A DNA stretch of 64,000 nt from a phage. Under the pieces are notes generated by a model. The model did not search any database and was not told where the DNA came from. It saw nothing but the letters and a program-made list of their open reading frames with translations. The DNA lies in sequence record PZ357121.2, one strand, 5' to 3'. Every line of letters starts with the position of its first letter. Position 1 is the first letter of the stretch. Positions 8,311 to 17,211 of this stretch are shown here, piece after piece. The position numbers were made by a program, and so were the translations under genes.

Positions 8311-9343
8311 CATGAGTCGCAAATTCATGCCCGTTTATATGAAACAACAAAATTTGGATAGTCCATAGATATGCAACGTTCTTTTATAGTGCTAGGATGA
8401 AAATTTAGCGCTTTAGCTGCTTCTATATAAGACGTATACTTAATACCGTCAACAACCACATATTCAGGAACTTTATGAATAGTAGTCTTAATACTCAAAA
8501 CAAGAGGATGAGTTTCGACTTCACTTTCAGTGCAATTTAAATATTCCGCTGCTTTTTTAAAACTTCTAAAAGTTTTATTTTTAAGCTTTATCGATACTTG
8601 TTTTTTACTTTTTCGACTATTGATATTATTTTGCACATGTTCCTTAGATCTTCCGTTTTTAGCATAATATTCAGCTACAGAAGATTTTATATTGTTTTTA
8701 TGAGATTCGGATAACACTTTACCCTTATGAGCATCTCTTAATTTTTGAATATGTTCTTCAGTATCCGGATGCTTATAAAACTTTTTACCGCCTATGGATT
8801 TATTTAAACATTTTTTGCTATAAAAATATTTACGTATGACCTCTTCTTCATGTTTTAATGCATCTTTATAACTATCAAATGTTTTTAAAATTATCCATTT
8901 AGTAGGTGTATCAGTTTTTAAGCGTTCATTTATATACTTAGATGACGTTGTGTAAGTTTTCCAGTTTGTGGGCTTGTTTTTAATTGTTCTAAATTTTTTA
9001 TAACCGATATAAATGTCACCATTAGAAAACTTAACTAAGTATGTAAATGCGTCTTTATCTTTTATTTTAGTACAACGTCTTTTTATCCATTTCATTGTTT
9101 CACCTCGTATTCATAAGATAATCTTATTTATACAAGATGACTGCTGCATGTCGCCATGCAGATTAGACTATATCTTCATCTTTCGATGCCGGCCGTTTCG
9201 AATAGCATTAGCTTCTATTCTACACCGCTACATTCATCACGGTTAGTCGTTAGGCATTTAGTTCAAAAGAACATTTAGCACGGGATTGTCTACTAGAGAG
9301 GTTCCCCGTTTAGACCGGTTTTACATGAGCCTGAATTAAATTA
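8311..9343 (-). mobile_element. group I self-splicing intron in nrdD (sunY-type), about 1033 nt, carrying a homing endonuclease ORF
   Basis: nrdD reading frame is interrupted; exon 1 ends ...TATGAGT followed by TAATTTAATTCAGG; conserved group I core GGTCTAAACGGGGAACCTCTCTAGTAGACAATCCCGTGCTAAAT at about 9255-9300; ORF sits 3' of the core; boundaries +/- a few nt. Confidence 0.8.
8325..9095 (-). CDS. I-TevII: intron-encoded GIY-YIG homing endonuclease, I-TevII-like
   Basis: 256 aa; N-terminal FTYLVKFSNGDIYIGYKK; NUMOD3-like repeats; C-terminal helix-turn-helix-like tail; GAGGTG before ATG at 9095. Confidence 0.75.
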   Translation of the reverse strand: MKWIKRRCTKIKDKDAFTYLVKFSNGDIYIGYKKFRTIKNKPTNWKTYTTSSKYINERLKTDTPTKWIILKTFDSYKDALKHEEEVIRKYFYSKKCLNKSIGGKKFYKHPDTEEHIQKLRDAHKGKVLSESHKNNIKSSVAEYYAKNGRSKEHVQNNINSRKSKKQVSIKLKNKTFRSFKKAAEYLNCTESEVETHPLVLSIKTTIHKVPEYVVVDGIKYTSYIEAAKALNFHPSTIKERCISMDYPNFVVSYKRA

Positions 9344-9881
9344 ACTCATACGCCTGGAATGCATCGTATACGTCTTTTTCTGTTTTAGATTGGGCATAAT
9401 TCAACGCATCAGCGATTTGCCATTTTTCTGCATCCTCAATATGTTTTGCATAGGTGCGTTTAACATAAGGAGAAAGAACTTTATCGACATTCGCAAATGT
9501 AGTTCCACCATACTGATGCGAAGCAACTTGTGCAGTAATTTGTGCCATAATTGCAGTAGCAACACCAATAGATTTAGGCGTTTCAATTTGAGCATTGCCG
9601 AGCTTAAATCCGTTTTCAAGCATTCCTTTTAAATCTACTAAACAGCAATTAGTAAAAGGCAATGATATACTGTAATCTAAATCATGAAAATGAATTAATC
9701 CAACATTATGGGCATTTACAATATGACTTGGAAGAATACGACAAGCGATATGTTTAGAAACAATACCGGCCATTAAATCTCTTTTTGTTGGAAAGACGCG
9801 AGAATCTTTGTTGGCGTTTTCTGTATTTAATTCTTTATCTTTATTTGAAATAAAATTTAAAACATCTTTTTCTAAAGACAT
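9344..9881 (-). CDS. nrdD: anaerobic ribonucleotide reductase NrdD, exon 1
   Basis: N-terminal 179 codons of NrdD (…NENANKDSRVFPTKRDLMAGIVSKH…FTNCCLVDLKGMLENGFKLGNAQIETPKSIGVATAIMAQ…); frame runs into intron stop at 9336. Confidence 0.85.
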
Positions 9882-10693
9882 AATTCTAATTTATCCTTTT
9901 GAAATTCTTCGTCTAAATATGGGTTCCAACCCATTTTAAACCTTTTGATGAAATTATCAATTCTAAATTTCGGTAAGTTTAAATCCGCAAAAATAGATGA
10001 TTTACTTTTAAAATCTGGACTTAAATAATCATATAAAATTTCTGCGTATTTTAACCATAATATACAAGTACCAGATTTAATTGCTCTCGGAGTTTTCCAA
10101 GGTTTTACACCATACATCGGATTTCCACTTCCTTTATGCCTGATAGAAGATGAAATTCCAATTTTAATTTTAGCTTCCTTTGTATGCGAAAATCCACGAT
10201 GTGGATTTTCTTTCCAGTATTTTTTAGAAGCTTCTGATATTTTCTTTCTGGCTAAATTAGTATGATGCTTTCCATAAAATCCATGATTTTTGCCTTTATT
10301 ACGATTTCTTTTAATCATGGTTATTGATTGCTTTTCTCTAGTTTCTTTAGAAGGAGAAATACCATATGTCGTAAATTGGCCATCAGCATATGCTAAATTA
10401 AAATACTCTTTATTCCATACATCTTTTTCTATATTCTTTTGAAATTCAGCTTCAATGCTAGTTATTTGTTCATCTCCGACTAATTGAAAATATAATATCT
10501 CAACTTTCGGCGTTTCTTTCAATAAGGCTTTTTGAAATTCGGAAGATGACGAAGACGAATAATAAAATTTACCATTTTTATCAATAATATTCGTTCCGTC
10601 AAAAGTGCAATTGGTTTTACTTCCAATGTAATAATATGGCGGGGTTTTAGCATTAATTCTACTAATAAACGATAGTTTATATACTACATTCAT
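9872..10693 (-). CDS. free-standing GIY-YIG family homing endonuclease-like protein (Seg-like)
   Basis: 273 aa; N-terminal VVYKLSF...PPYYYIGSKT; NUMOD3-like repeats (KETREKQSITMIKRNRNKGKNHGFYGK, HTKEAKIKIGISSSIRHKGSGNPMYG). Confidence 0.6.
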   Translation of the reverse strand: MNVVYKLSFISRINAKTPPYYYIGSKTNCTFDGTNIIDKNGKFYYSSSSSSEFQKALLKETPKVEILYFQLVGDEQITSIEAEFQKNIEKDVWNKEYFNLAYADGQFTTYGISPSKETREKQSITMIKRNRNKGKNHGFYGKHHTNLARKKISEASKKYWKENPHRGFSHTKEAKIKIGISSSIRHKGSGNPMYGVKPWKTPRAIKSGTCILWLKYAEILYDYLSPDFKSKSSIFADLNLPKFRIDNFIKRFKMGWNPYLDEEFQKDKLELCL

Positions 10694-11163
10694 TTTAAAC
10701 TCTTTCTAAGCTGCTTTTTGAATGAAGCTATTAATTGTGTTTTAGTATCAGATTCATTATATTCAAATCCTCTTTGAAGCATCTCGGCCATCATTTCCTC
10801 TTTACCTAGTCTCGAGAACTCTTTAGTTTTGTCTGGAACAAAATTAGGATGGATATTATTATCAGAATAATCTTGTTTCAAATAAGCAAGAAGAGCTTCA
10901 AGCCATTCGAGGTAGTTGACATCACGGCCTTTAAGACCGGAACGGTTGAACTTATGCTTCATTTGACCTTCTGCTGCGTTGCACAGATTACAGAGTAACC
11001 CACGAACTCTACCGGCTTTTGGCCCGTTTAATTCGTGGTCGTGGTCAAGATGGTTACCTTGAACATCAGGGTCTAATTCACGGTGGCAAATAGGACACTT
11101 ACCGTTCTGTGCATCATAAAATTTTTGTTTTTCTTCTTTATATTTTGCGCCTGATAATAACAT
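10690..11163 (-). CDS. 49: recombination endonuclease VII gp49
   Basis: 157 aa; zinc-binding CPICH and CNLCNAAEG motifs; strong similarity to my recollection of T4 gp49. Confidence 0.9.
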   Translation of the reverse strand: MLLSGAKYKEEKQKFYDAQNGKCPICHRELDPDVQGNHLDHDHELNGPKAGRVRGLLCNLCNAAEGQMKHKFNRSGLKGRDVNYLEWLEALLAYLKQDYSDNNIHPNFVPDKTKEFSRLGKEEMMAEMLQRGFEYNESDTKTQLIASFKKQLRKSLK

Positions 11164-11198
11164 GATAAACCCTTACCTTAAATAGATAAGGGTATTTA

Positions 11199-11624
11199 TT
11201 AACTTAAACGTCTTTCTAAATATTCAATGTATTCTGCGGCTGCTTGCATCAGGTTACCTTCATAGCCGTCGTTATTTTCTTGTCCAGCTAATTTAGCTAA
11301 TGCATAAGAAATTCGTTCACCTTCGAATTCACCAAGTTTACTACCTAGCACATCCGCAATATCAGCCGAATCAATTTCTTCGAGTTCATCTATTGAATGT
11401 GATTCCCAGAAGCACCAAAGAGAAGTATCACGGTCATAGATGCAAAGTTTCTCACCAGTGTTCAACATCACTTCAATAATGCCATGGTCGCCATAACCAT
11501 CTTCGGTCGTAGTACCAATTACCTTGATGATTGTTCCTTTCTTTAATTCAGGAAACTTGACTTGTAGTTCTTCATCTTCTTTAACAATCTTGAACCATTT
11601 ACCACGTGTGTCAGAAATATTCAT
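11199..11624 (-). CDS. hypothetical protein at the position of T4 pin (identity to Pin not established)
   Basis: ORF track 187 aa; ATG at 11622-11624 (MNISDTRGKWF) with GAGGA 8 nt upstream gives 141 aa. Confidence 0.45.
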   Translation of the reverse strand: MNISDTRGKWFKIVKEDEELQVKFPELKKGTIIKVIGTTTEDGYGDHGIIEVMLNTGEKLCIYDRDTSLWCFWESHSIDELEEIDSADIADVLGSKLGEFEGERISYALAKLAGQENNDGYEGNLMQAAAEYIEYLERRLS

Positions 11625-11625
11625 A

Positions 11626-11796
11626 TCAATATCCTCTATAAAAGTTACGATGAGAACGTTTAGCTTTGCGAAGCTGACGTTTAGTAGGACGAACTGTAAA
11701 TGGTTGTCCAGAGAAAAAATTCGGATCTGTTTTAATAAGCAAATACCAATCATGCTTGCCATTTTTTAATAAACGGTACAATAATTTAACTTGCAT
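11626..11796 (-). CDS. hypothetical small basic protein
   Basis: ORF track 11626..11823 (TTG); ATG at 11794-11796 gives 56 aa. Confidence 0.3.
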   Translation of the reverse strand: MQVKLLYRLLKNGKHDWYLLIKTDPNFFSGQPFTVRPTKRQLRKAKRSHRNFYRGY

Positions 11797-11924
11797 AATA
11801 ATCTCTTCCCATTTCCATATCAATCATATCGTTTACTGTAGGTTCATCATAACACGTTTCTTCGTCGTTGTAAACTGTTTCGACGTCTGGCTCGACAGTT
11901 TCCCATCGAGCCGAATACCATGGC

Positions 11925-12281
11925 TTAACCCCGGAGTTTATTGAGCTCTTCATAATCAATCCAGGATTCTAGCCCTGACGGCAGGTCACATTCAATGTTC
12001 CACAGAAGCTCTTCAATGGCTTGCAGGCGATTATATTCTTCAACGGTAATGGTAACCATTGGTGTAACCGGTTCTGCCTTTTTAACCATCATGTCGTTCA
12101 TCAGGACGTAAAGGTCATCACGAACGACAGTGTCGTTCCAACCCCATGATTTGGCTTCGTAAGCTAATGATGAAGGGAGCACATTTAAAACTTCAATAAT
12201 AGTTGGAGCATCAGGACCAAGTTCATTGGCACAAACTTCGTATACATCTTGGAAATCTTTAAGATTTAATGAATATGTCAT
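11925..12281 (-). CDS. hypothetical acidic protein
   Basis: ORF track 118 aa. Confidence 0.5.
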   Translation of the reverse strand: MTYSLNLKDFQDVYEVCANELGPDAPTIIEVLNVLPSSLAYEAKSWGWNDTVVRDDLYVLMNDMMVKKAEPVTPMVTITVEEYNRLQAIEELLWNIECDLPSGLESWIDYEELNKLRG

Positions 12282-12300
12282 TTAAAATATTCTCGCAGTT
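12278..12300. repeat. 23-bp direct repeat, copy A (tcatttaaaatattctcgcagtt)
   Basis: identical to 12593-12615; spans stop of ORF 12300..12596 and start of ORF 11925..12281. Confidence 0.9.
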
Positions 12301-12596
12301 TATTGTTCTACACATGCACAGGAAACTTCGAAATCAGGACCGTCGTACTTCCAGTGATATTCACCAACAGGAATCCAGTCACCATGCTCGTTTTCTTCAT
12401 AGTCCTCAGGCTCAAGGCCAACGAATCGCCATTGGACACCGATGATTCTATTACCCATCATTACTCGAAATTCGCCCCATGGATTATCAATAGCATACTG
12501 AATATCGTTCTTAGCACGAGAACACATTTCTTGATATAACAAAGTTTCTAATTCGTCCTGGTCATAAGGGCCTGGGAAAGTTAAATCGATATTCAT
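12300..12596 (-). CDS. hypothetical protein, flanked by 23-bp direct repeats
   Basis: ORF track 98 aa. Confidence 0.5.
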   Translation of the reverse strand: MNIDLTFPGPYDQDELETLLYQEMCSRAKNDIQYAIDNPWGEFRVMMGNRIIGVQWRFVGLEPEDYEENEHGDWIPVGEYHWKYDGPDFEVSCACVEQ

Positions 12597-12615
12597 TTAA
12601 AATATTCTCGCAGTT
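12593..12615. repeat. 23-bp direct repeat, copy B (tcatttaaaatattctcgcagtt)
   Basis: encodes the last codons of nrdC (QLREYFK*) and overlaps the start of the next ORF. Confidence 0.9.
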
Positions 12616-12856
12616 GGTCAAATCCACCAATGTGACTTCCGTCAGGAGCAAACACTTGAGGCATCGTCAATCCAACATGTGTTTCACGTCCAAGCTTAGC
12701 CAGAAGCTCAGCAATTTTTTCTTCATCGAATACACCTTTTTCTGGCATAACATTAATGAATTCGAACGGCTGTTTCTTAACAGTCAGCAATCGTTTCGCA
12801 TTATCACAATAAATGCATTTATGAATAGTAGAGTCATACCCGTACACTTTAAACAT
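12593..12856 (-). CDS. nrdC: thioredoxin NrdC
   Basis: 87 aa from ATG at 12856 (MFKVYGYD); redox CIYC motif; ORF track start is 6 codons upstream. Confidence 0.85.
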   Translation of the reverse strand: MFKVYGYDSTIHKCIYCDNAKRLLTVKKQPFEFINVMPEKGVFDEEKIAELLAKLGRETHVGLTMPQVFAPDGSHIGGFDQLREYFK

Positions 12857-13262
12857 TATTTTTCCTTTCATCAATTAAATATGCAATGCCAAATACAATA
12901 CATGTAATAAAACCTGTGATACAGATAGAAACCAACAACACTGTACCAAAGAACCAAATCAAGTTATCTTTAGTAGTTTGTTTGATATCCATCTCACGAA
13001 TTTCTATAGCTATCGTATCACCTTTATTCAGAAGCGTATAAAACGATGGCGATACACGCCTGTCAAAAACTCGTCCTTGCTCATCTTTATAGACTGCAAT
13101 AAATTCTAATTTAGAATATTTTCCTGTAGATTGACCTGAGATTAGCTCTACTACCTCCACAGGAATTACTTTAGTTTCCATGTAAGTATTCTGGCTGTTC
13201 CAAATGAATGGAATGATGGCAAAAACTAAAGCTGCAATAAAGCAACGAAGGCTATATCTCAT
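12849..13262 (-). CDS. hypothetical membrane protein
   Basis: 137 aa; hydrophobic N- and C-terminal segments. Confidence 0.5.
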   Translation of the reverse strand: MRYSLRCFIAALVFAIIPFIWNSQNTYMETKVIPVEVVELISGQSTGKYSKLEFIAVYKDEQGRVFDRRVSPSFYTLLNKGDTIAIEIREMDIKQTTKDNLIWFFGTVLLVSICITGFITCIVFGIAYLIDERKNNV

Positions 13263-13567
13263 TATAATGTTCTCTCAAATTTGTGGAAGCATTTACGGCA
13301 TTTCAATTTCAAGTTATCAGTGGTCCAGTTAACCAGTTGGACTTGGATAGTTCCACATTCCGGACATGGATGTTTTGCTGCCGATTTGGCAGCATTTTCA
13401 CGTCGTTCAACCATTTTCATGATTTCGTTCCATGCCGGAGGAACGAACTCTTCTTCACTGTGGATTTTATCTCGCTGAACAAATTCAATCTTTGAACTAT
13501 CGTCAATAAACTTAACCAAGCCGTGATTAGTGCTCATATCAATATCCTCTAAAAGACGTAGTTTCAT
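13262..13567 (-). CDS. hypothetical zinc-ribbon protein
   Basis: 101 aa; CPEC...CRKC. Confidence 0.5.
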   Translation of the reverse strand: MKLRLLEDIDMSTNHGLVKFIDDSSKIEFVQRDKIHSEEEFVPPAWNEIMKMVERRENAAKSAAKHPCPECGTIQVQLVNWTTDNLKLKCRKCFHKFERTL

Positions 13568-14517
13568 TATAAAACCTCAATGGCATTTCGTAAACCGTCC
13601 GCTTTCGCATTCAGAGCTTTTAACGATTTAGTTTGTTCTGCAATCTGGGCTTCGACTTCTTTCAGACGAGATTTGAGATATTCGCGTTCTTCTCTTAAGT
13701 TATCAACTTTTTCTGCTTTAGGCTCTTTAATAGGCTTAGGCTTATACTCGTTAGGGTTCTTCAGCTTAATTTGAATACGAGAACTGAATAACATTGAACC
13801 GTTATCTTCGGTTTCATCATACATTTCTACCACGTCCATGATTCTTAACATCATGCGAAGTTTATAAGACAGCGAACGAATGGTTTTGTTGCGCTTATTA
13901 ATTTCTTCGGCTTTCATGGTACCGAGATTACGTGAGTAGTAATAAGGAACCTGGATATCAATTGTCAATGATGCGTTACCATTACCGGTTGGTTTGAATA
14001 CTGCAGTAACCCAATCTTTAACATGAACTTTATTTGTACGACCATCGCCGCCTGTGAATAATTTACGTGAATGTTTAAAAAGCATATTCACTTGGTTATT
14101 GAATTCACAAGCAAATTTATCGGCAAATTTAGTTTCAGGAATGGTAGATAACCAATCAGCCAAATGAGTCTTTTTAACATCGTTAATAATAGTAAATTCA
14201 ACTAAATCAGTTTTAGGTGTCACAGATTTAATAAAGCTCGGCTTCATAAAGTTTTTAATGTTATCACGAGCTACAGTAGAAGATAATAAACGAGAACGTT
14301 TGAACCATTGAAGCAGTGTCCCTAATGAATGAGAATACGCATTCTGAGTATCTTTACAGATATGATTTTCTTGGCCTGTGTATGTACCAAAATCGCGAAG
14401 AATACCACTTACTACAACTCGGTGTGGAACATCAAATCCTAATGAACCAGAAGCACGTTGGGCATGAACGTTAGCGATAAGACCTGCAAAATAATCAATG
14501 TAATGTGAACGTGTCAT
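13567..14517 (-). CDS. hypothetical 316-aa protein with C-terminal coiled coil
   Basis: ORF track; C-terminal heptad-like LREEREYLKSRLKEVEAQIAEQTKSLKALNAKADGLRNAIEVL; own promoter upstream. Confidence 0.55.
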   Translation of the reverse strand: MTRSHYIDYFAGLIANVHAQRASGSLGFDVPHRVVVSGILRDFGTYTGQENHICKDTQNAYSHSLGTLLQWFKRSRLLSSTVARDNIKNFMKPSFIKSVTPKTDLVEFTIINDVKKTHLADWLSTIPETKFADKFACEFNNQVNMLFKHSRKLFTGGDGRTNKVHVKDWVTAVFKPTGNGNASLTIDIQVPYYYSRNLGTMKAEEINKRNKTIRSLSYKLRMMLRIMDVVEMYDETEDNGSMLFSSRIQIKLKNPNEYKPKPIKEPKAEKVDNLREEREYLKSRLKEVEAQIAEQTKSLKALNAKADGLRNAIEVL

Positions 14518-14545
14518 AATATTTTCCTCTCGTTAAGATAGAAAG

Positions 14546-14575
14546 ATTATACTCCAACCGTCCTTGGTTGTAAAC
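14546..14575 (-). promoter_or_regulatory. early-type promoter with spacer hairpin (GTTTACAACCAAGGACGGTTGGAGTATAAT)
   Basis: near-identical core at 15539-15568 and 16599-16622. Confidence 0.55.
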
Positions 14576-14579
14576 TGAT

Positions 14580-15512
14580 TTATGATTTTAATGCATTCAT
14601 TGCGTTAAAAAGTTTAGAGTACTGCAACTGGAGCTTGGTAACTACTTGTTGAGCATCACGAAGCTTAGCTTGTGCTTTGTCAAGTTCAACAGACAGTTGG
14701 TCCACAGTGGCTTTGATTTGATTATAATAGTAATCTTCTGCAGGAAGAAGACCGTTAGAGATTTCCAGTTTAGACGACGGTGTGCCGTTAAACATAACAG
14801 GTTGTGCTGAAGCTGAATTAATCTTACCGATAGTCGGGGCGACAATAATTGACGCTTCGAACGTTGCATTTTCCTTTTTAAGATTTTTATAATATTCAGA
14901 GTCTTTGTGCCACCATGGCGCAGGAACCTTTTTACCAATAGATACACGAGCCTGGATAGCGATATGGCCCTTATTCTTGATAACGTCGATAATATTAAGC
15001 TCACGAGAATAAATTGCTTTAATCTGGTGAATATTATCACCTAACACTTCCAACGCTTGGTGGAATACACGAGCAACGTTATCATTCTTAGGTTTATACG
15101 TAAGAGTGAACTCGTTCTCACTGATAACCATGATTTCCAACTTATCGTAAGTATATTTCAAATGTTTCATGTTAATTGCTTGAGGACGAATACGAGAAGC
15201 AATGGCCATCAGATTGTTAAGGTTATTCCGGAACTGCTTAGCGAAATATTGTCCTTCACCACCAATACAAAAATTACGAAGTTTCTGTTTGGCTAATAAA
15301 CGGCTGAACTCACCATTTTTAATGAACTCTTTAACGGGGGTGTTAGTAACGCATTCAAATTGAGTAAACTTACGAGAAGTAATTCCATAATACGAACAGA
15401 TTTCCTCAATCTCTTCAGGAGTCTTTACAGGCATACGGATAGGATTAGGACCTGGGGTATATGCGTTCGAGGTAAATTCTTTGATAAGTTCTCTACGTGT
15501 AATAAAAGCCAT
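14580..15512 (-). CDS. hypothetical 310-aa protein with C-terminal coiled coil
   Basis: ORF track; C-terminal VDQLSVELDKAQAKLRDAQQVVTKLQLQYSKLFNAMNALKS. Confidence 0.55.
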   Translation of the reverse strand: MAFITRRELIKEFTSNAYTPGPNPIRMPVKTPEEIEEICSYYGITSRKFTQFECVTNTPVKEFIKNGEFSRLLAKQKLRNFCIGGEGQYFAKQFRNNLNNLMAIASRIRPQAINMKHLKYTYDKLEIMVISENEFTLTYKPKNDNVARVFHQALEVLGDNIHQIKAIYSRELNIIDVIKNKGHIAIQARVSIGKKVPAPWWHKDSEYYKNLKKENATFEASIIVAPTIGKINSASAQPVMFNGTPSSKLEISNGLLPAEDYYYNQIKATVDQLSVELDKAQAKLRDAQQVVTKLQLQYSKLFNAMNALKS

Positions 15513-15538
15513 TTTATATTCCTCATGTTGAAAAATTT

Positions 15539-15568
15539 ATTATACTCCAACCATCCTTGGTTGTACAT
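15539..15568 (-). promoter_or_regulatory. early-type promoter with spacer hairpin (TGTACAACCAAGGATGGTTGGAGTATAAT)
   Basis: paralogous to the element at 14546-14575. Confidence 0.55.
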
Positions 15569-16563
15569 CATTCCTTAAGAAGTTTTACTACCTGAATAAG
15601 ATTAGCTCGTTCTGTTTTATTTTTACCGTTTAAGCCTGCTAATCGTGAGATTTCATCGTCAGTCTGTTGAATAGTTACATTAAGTTCGTTAATCAAAGCT
15701 TCAAAGTATTTGATTTGCTCAGCATGTTTTGATTCAAATTTCTGAACTGGAATAACGTCTTGGTTTAGTTCATCAATAAGGTCTTTAAGAGCATCTTCTT
15801 GGTTGATATCATATTCAACTTCTTTTATTTCTTCAATGAGCTCGTCTTTATATCTAACGTCTTTTAGTCCTGGTGCTGGTCCTGAAATCTCTTCTTTAGG
15901 AGTACAAACATATCCAATACGGTATCCAATGCCGTCTCGCTTGATATCAACTTCGTCAATAAATCCACAATGTTTAAGACCAGAGCCGATTAGGTCAAAA
16001 TATCCTTGACGTCGTCCTTCAAACGTTACACGAACTACTAAGACAGTTTTACCTGCAACCTTTTGAAGCTCACATTTATAAAAGTCTGTTGAACCTGAAT
16101 AACGTGGATGAGTTTTAAAGTTCATCTGACGATCTAGGCCCATTTGTAAGCGTGCTGATACGGCCATAAAACGTGTTTGGTTCTCGTTAAGATGAGCAAC
16201 AATCCATTTCAAAGGCATTTTACACTGTTCACGACCGAACAAATCAGTATATCCTAGATTACGCAGAATGTTGTTAGAGTTAATCATCGACAGAACGTTA
16301 AGTTTATTCAGCGCGCTGAAGATTCCATCGGCCATTGATTTTCCGTAACCTTTACACGCTTTAATAAGCGCTCGCGGTAGATTAGTATAGATTTCAGACG
16401 GCATATGAAAATCAAATTTACTAGTCAGTAATTGATGAACTTGGATAGCAATTTGCTCATAATTAAGCGCTCTGCGATCATTATGGTCTTTAAACCACAC
16501 TTTAATCTGTGAAGCACATAAACCGTTAATTTCATGTTTTACCGCATCAGATGTAATGCTCAT
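15568..16563 (-). CDS. hypothetical 331-aa protein with C-terminal coiled coil
   Basis: ORF track; C-terminal QIKYFEALINELNVTIQQTDDEISRLAGLNGKNKTERANLIQVVKLLKE. Confidence 0.55.
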   Translation of the reverse strand: MSITSDAVKHEINGLCASQIKVWFKDHNDRRALNYEQIAIQVHQLLTSKFDFHMPSEIYTNLPRALIKACKGYGKSMADGIFSALNKLNVLSMINSNNILRNLGYTDLFGREQCKMPLKWIVAHLNENQTRFMAVSARLQMGLDRQMNFKTHPRYSGSTDFYKCELQKVAGKTVLVVRVTFEGRRQGYFDLIGSGLKHCGFIDEVDIKRDGIGYRIGYVCTPKEEISGPAPGLKDVRYKDELIEEIKEVEYDINQEDALKDLIDELNQDVIPVQKFESKHAEQIKYFEALINELNVTIQQTDDEISRLAGLNGKNKTERANLIQVVKLLKE

Positions 16564-16598
16564 AACTATTTCCTCAGATTGAATTGGAACTCAAAACC

Positions 16599-16622
16599 AT
16601 TATAACCCGTCCTTGGGTAAAG
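16599..16622 (-). promoter_or_regulatory. early-type promoter containing CCAAGGACGGGTTATAAT core
   Basis: third member of the CCAAGGA(C/T)GG promoter family. Confidence 0.45.
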
Positions 16623-16625
16623 CGT

Positions 16626-17153
16626 TTATGCGTGAACCGTCTTTAAACGTTCTTCAAATTTCCGAAGAGTACTAATACGTTCTGCTTTCTGTTTTGTATA
16701 GTTTGCAATACGTTCTGAAGTGAGAGCGTATCGTTCGTTTACTGTTTCTTTCATGAAGTCAGGGATTTCACGAGAAGCTTTAATTTCATCAAACTTATCG
16801 AGTACTGCCTGGTCTTCAGCGATTAAATTTTCGTACATCTCGATATCTTTCTTGATAAACTCGATATCTTCCTGGGTTACTTTGGATAAACGAGATGCTT
16901 TATCCTTTTTGTACTGCTCGTTAGTTTCACGAGACCAGAATAATGTACGTTTTTTGTTAGTGTTTTTGTAGACTTCCACAATTCCAACTGAATCGATGAT
17001 AGCAATCCAATTCCAGCGAGATTTGAAAATCTGACCTCCGTCCACGGTAATCTCGTTACCATAAGCAACGTCATTAAAGAACTTGCTTTGTGCTTCAGAT
17101 TTAAATTTACCGTCGTTATAATTTACCAGGTTGAAAATATCTTTAGCGTTCAT
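16626..17153 (-). CDS. hypothetical protein
   Basis: ORF track 175 aa; GGAGGT before ATG. Confidence 0.55.
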   Translation of the reverse strand: MNAKDIFNLVNYNDGKFKSEAQSKFFNDVAYGNEITVDGGQIFKSRWNWIAIIDSVGIVEVYKNTNKKRTLFWSRETNEQYKKDKASRLSKVTQEDIEFIKKDIEMYENLIAEDQAVLDKFDEIKASREIPDFMKETVNERYALTSERIANYTKQKAERISTLRKFEERLKTVHA

Positions 17154-17172
17154 GTTTTACCTCCAGTAGTTG

Positions 17173-17209
17173 ATAGGTCTATAATAACATAACCATAGAC
17201 CTTGTAAAC
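17173..17209 (-). promoter_or_regulatory. early-type promoter with -10 inside hairpin (arms AGGTCTAT/ATAGACCT)
   Basis: minus strand GTTTACAAGGTCTATGGTTATGTTATTATAGACCTATC. Confidence 0.5.
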
Positions 17210-17211
17210 AA

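Noticed and set aside
14642-15040. Minus-strand 132-aa ORF inside the 310-aa gene
   Set aside because: Alternative frame within a longer, better-supported ORF; Leu/Arg-rich artefact composition
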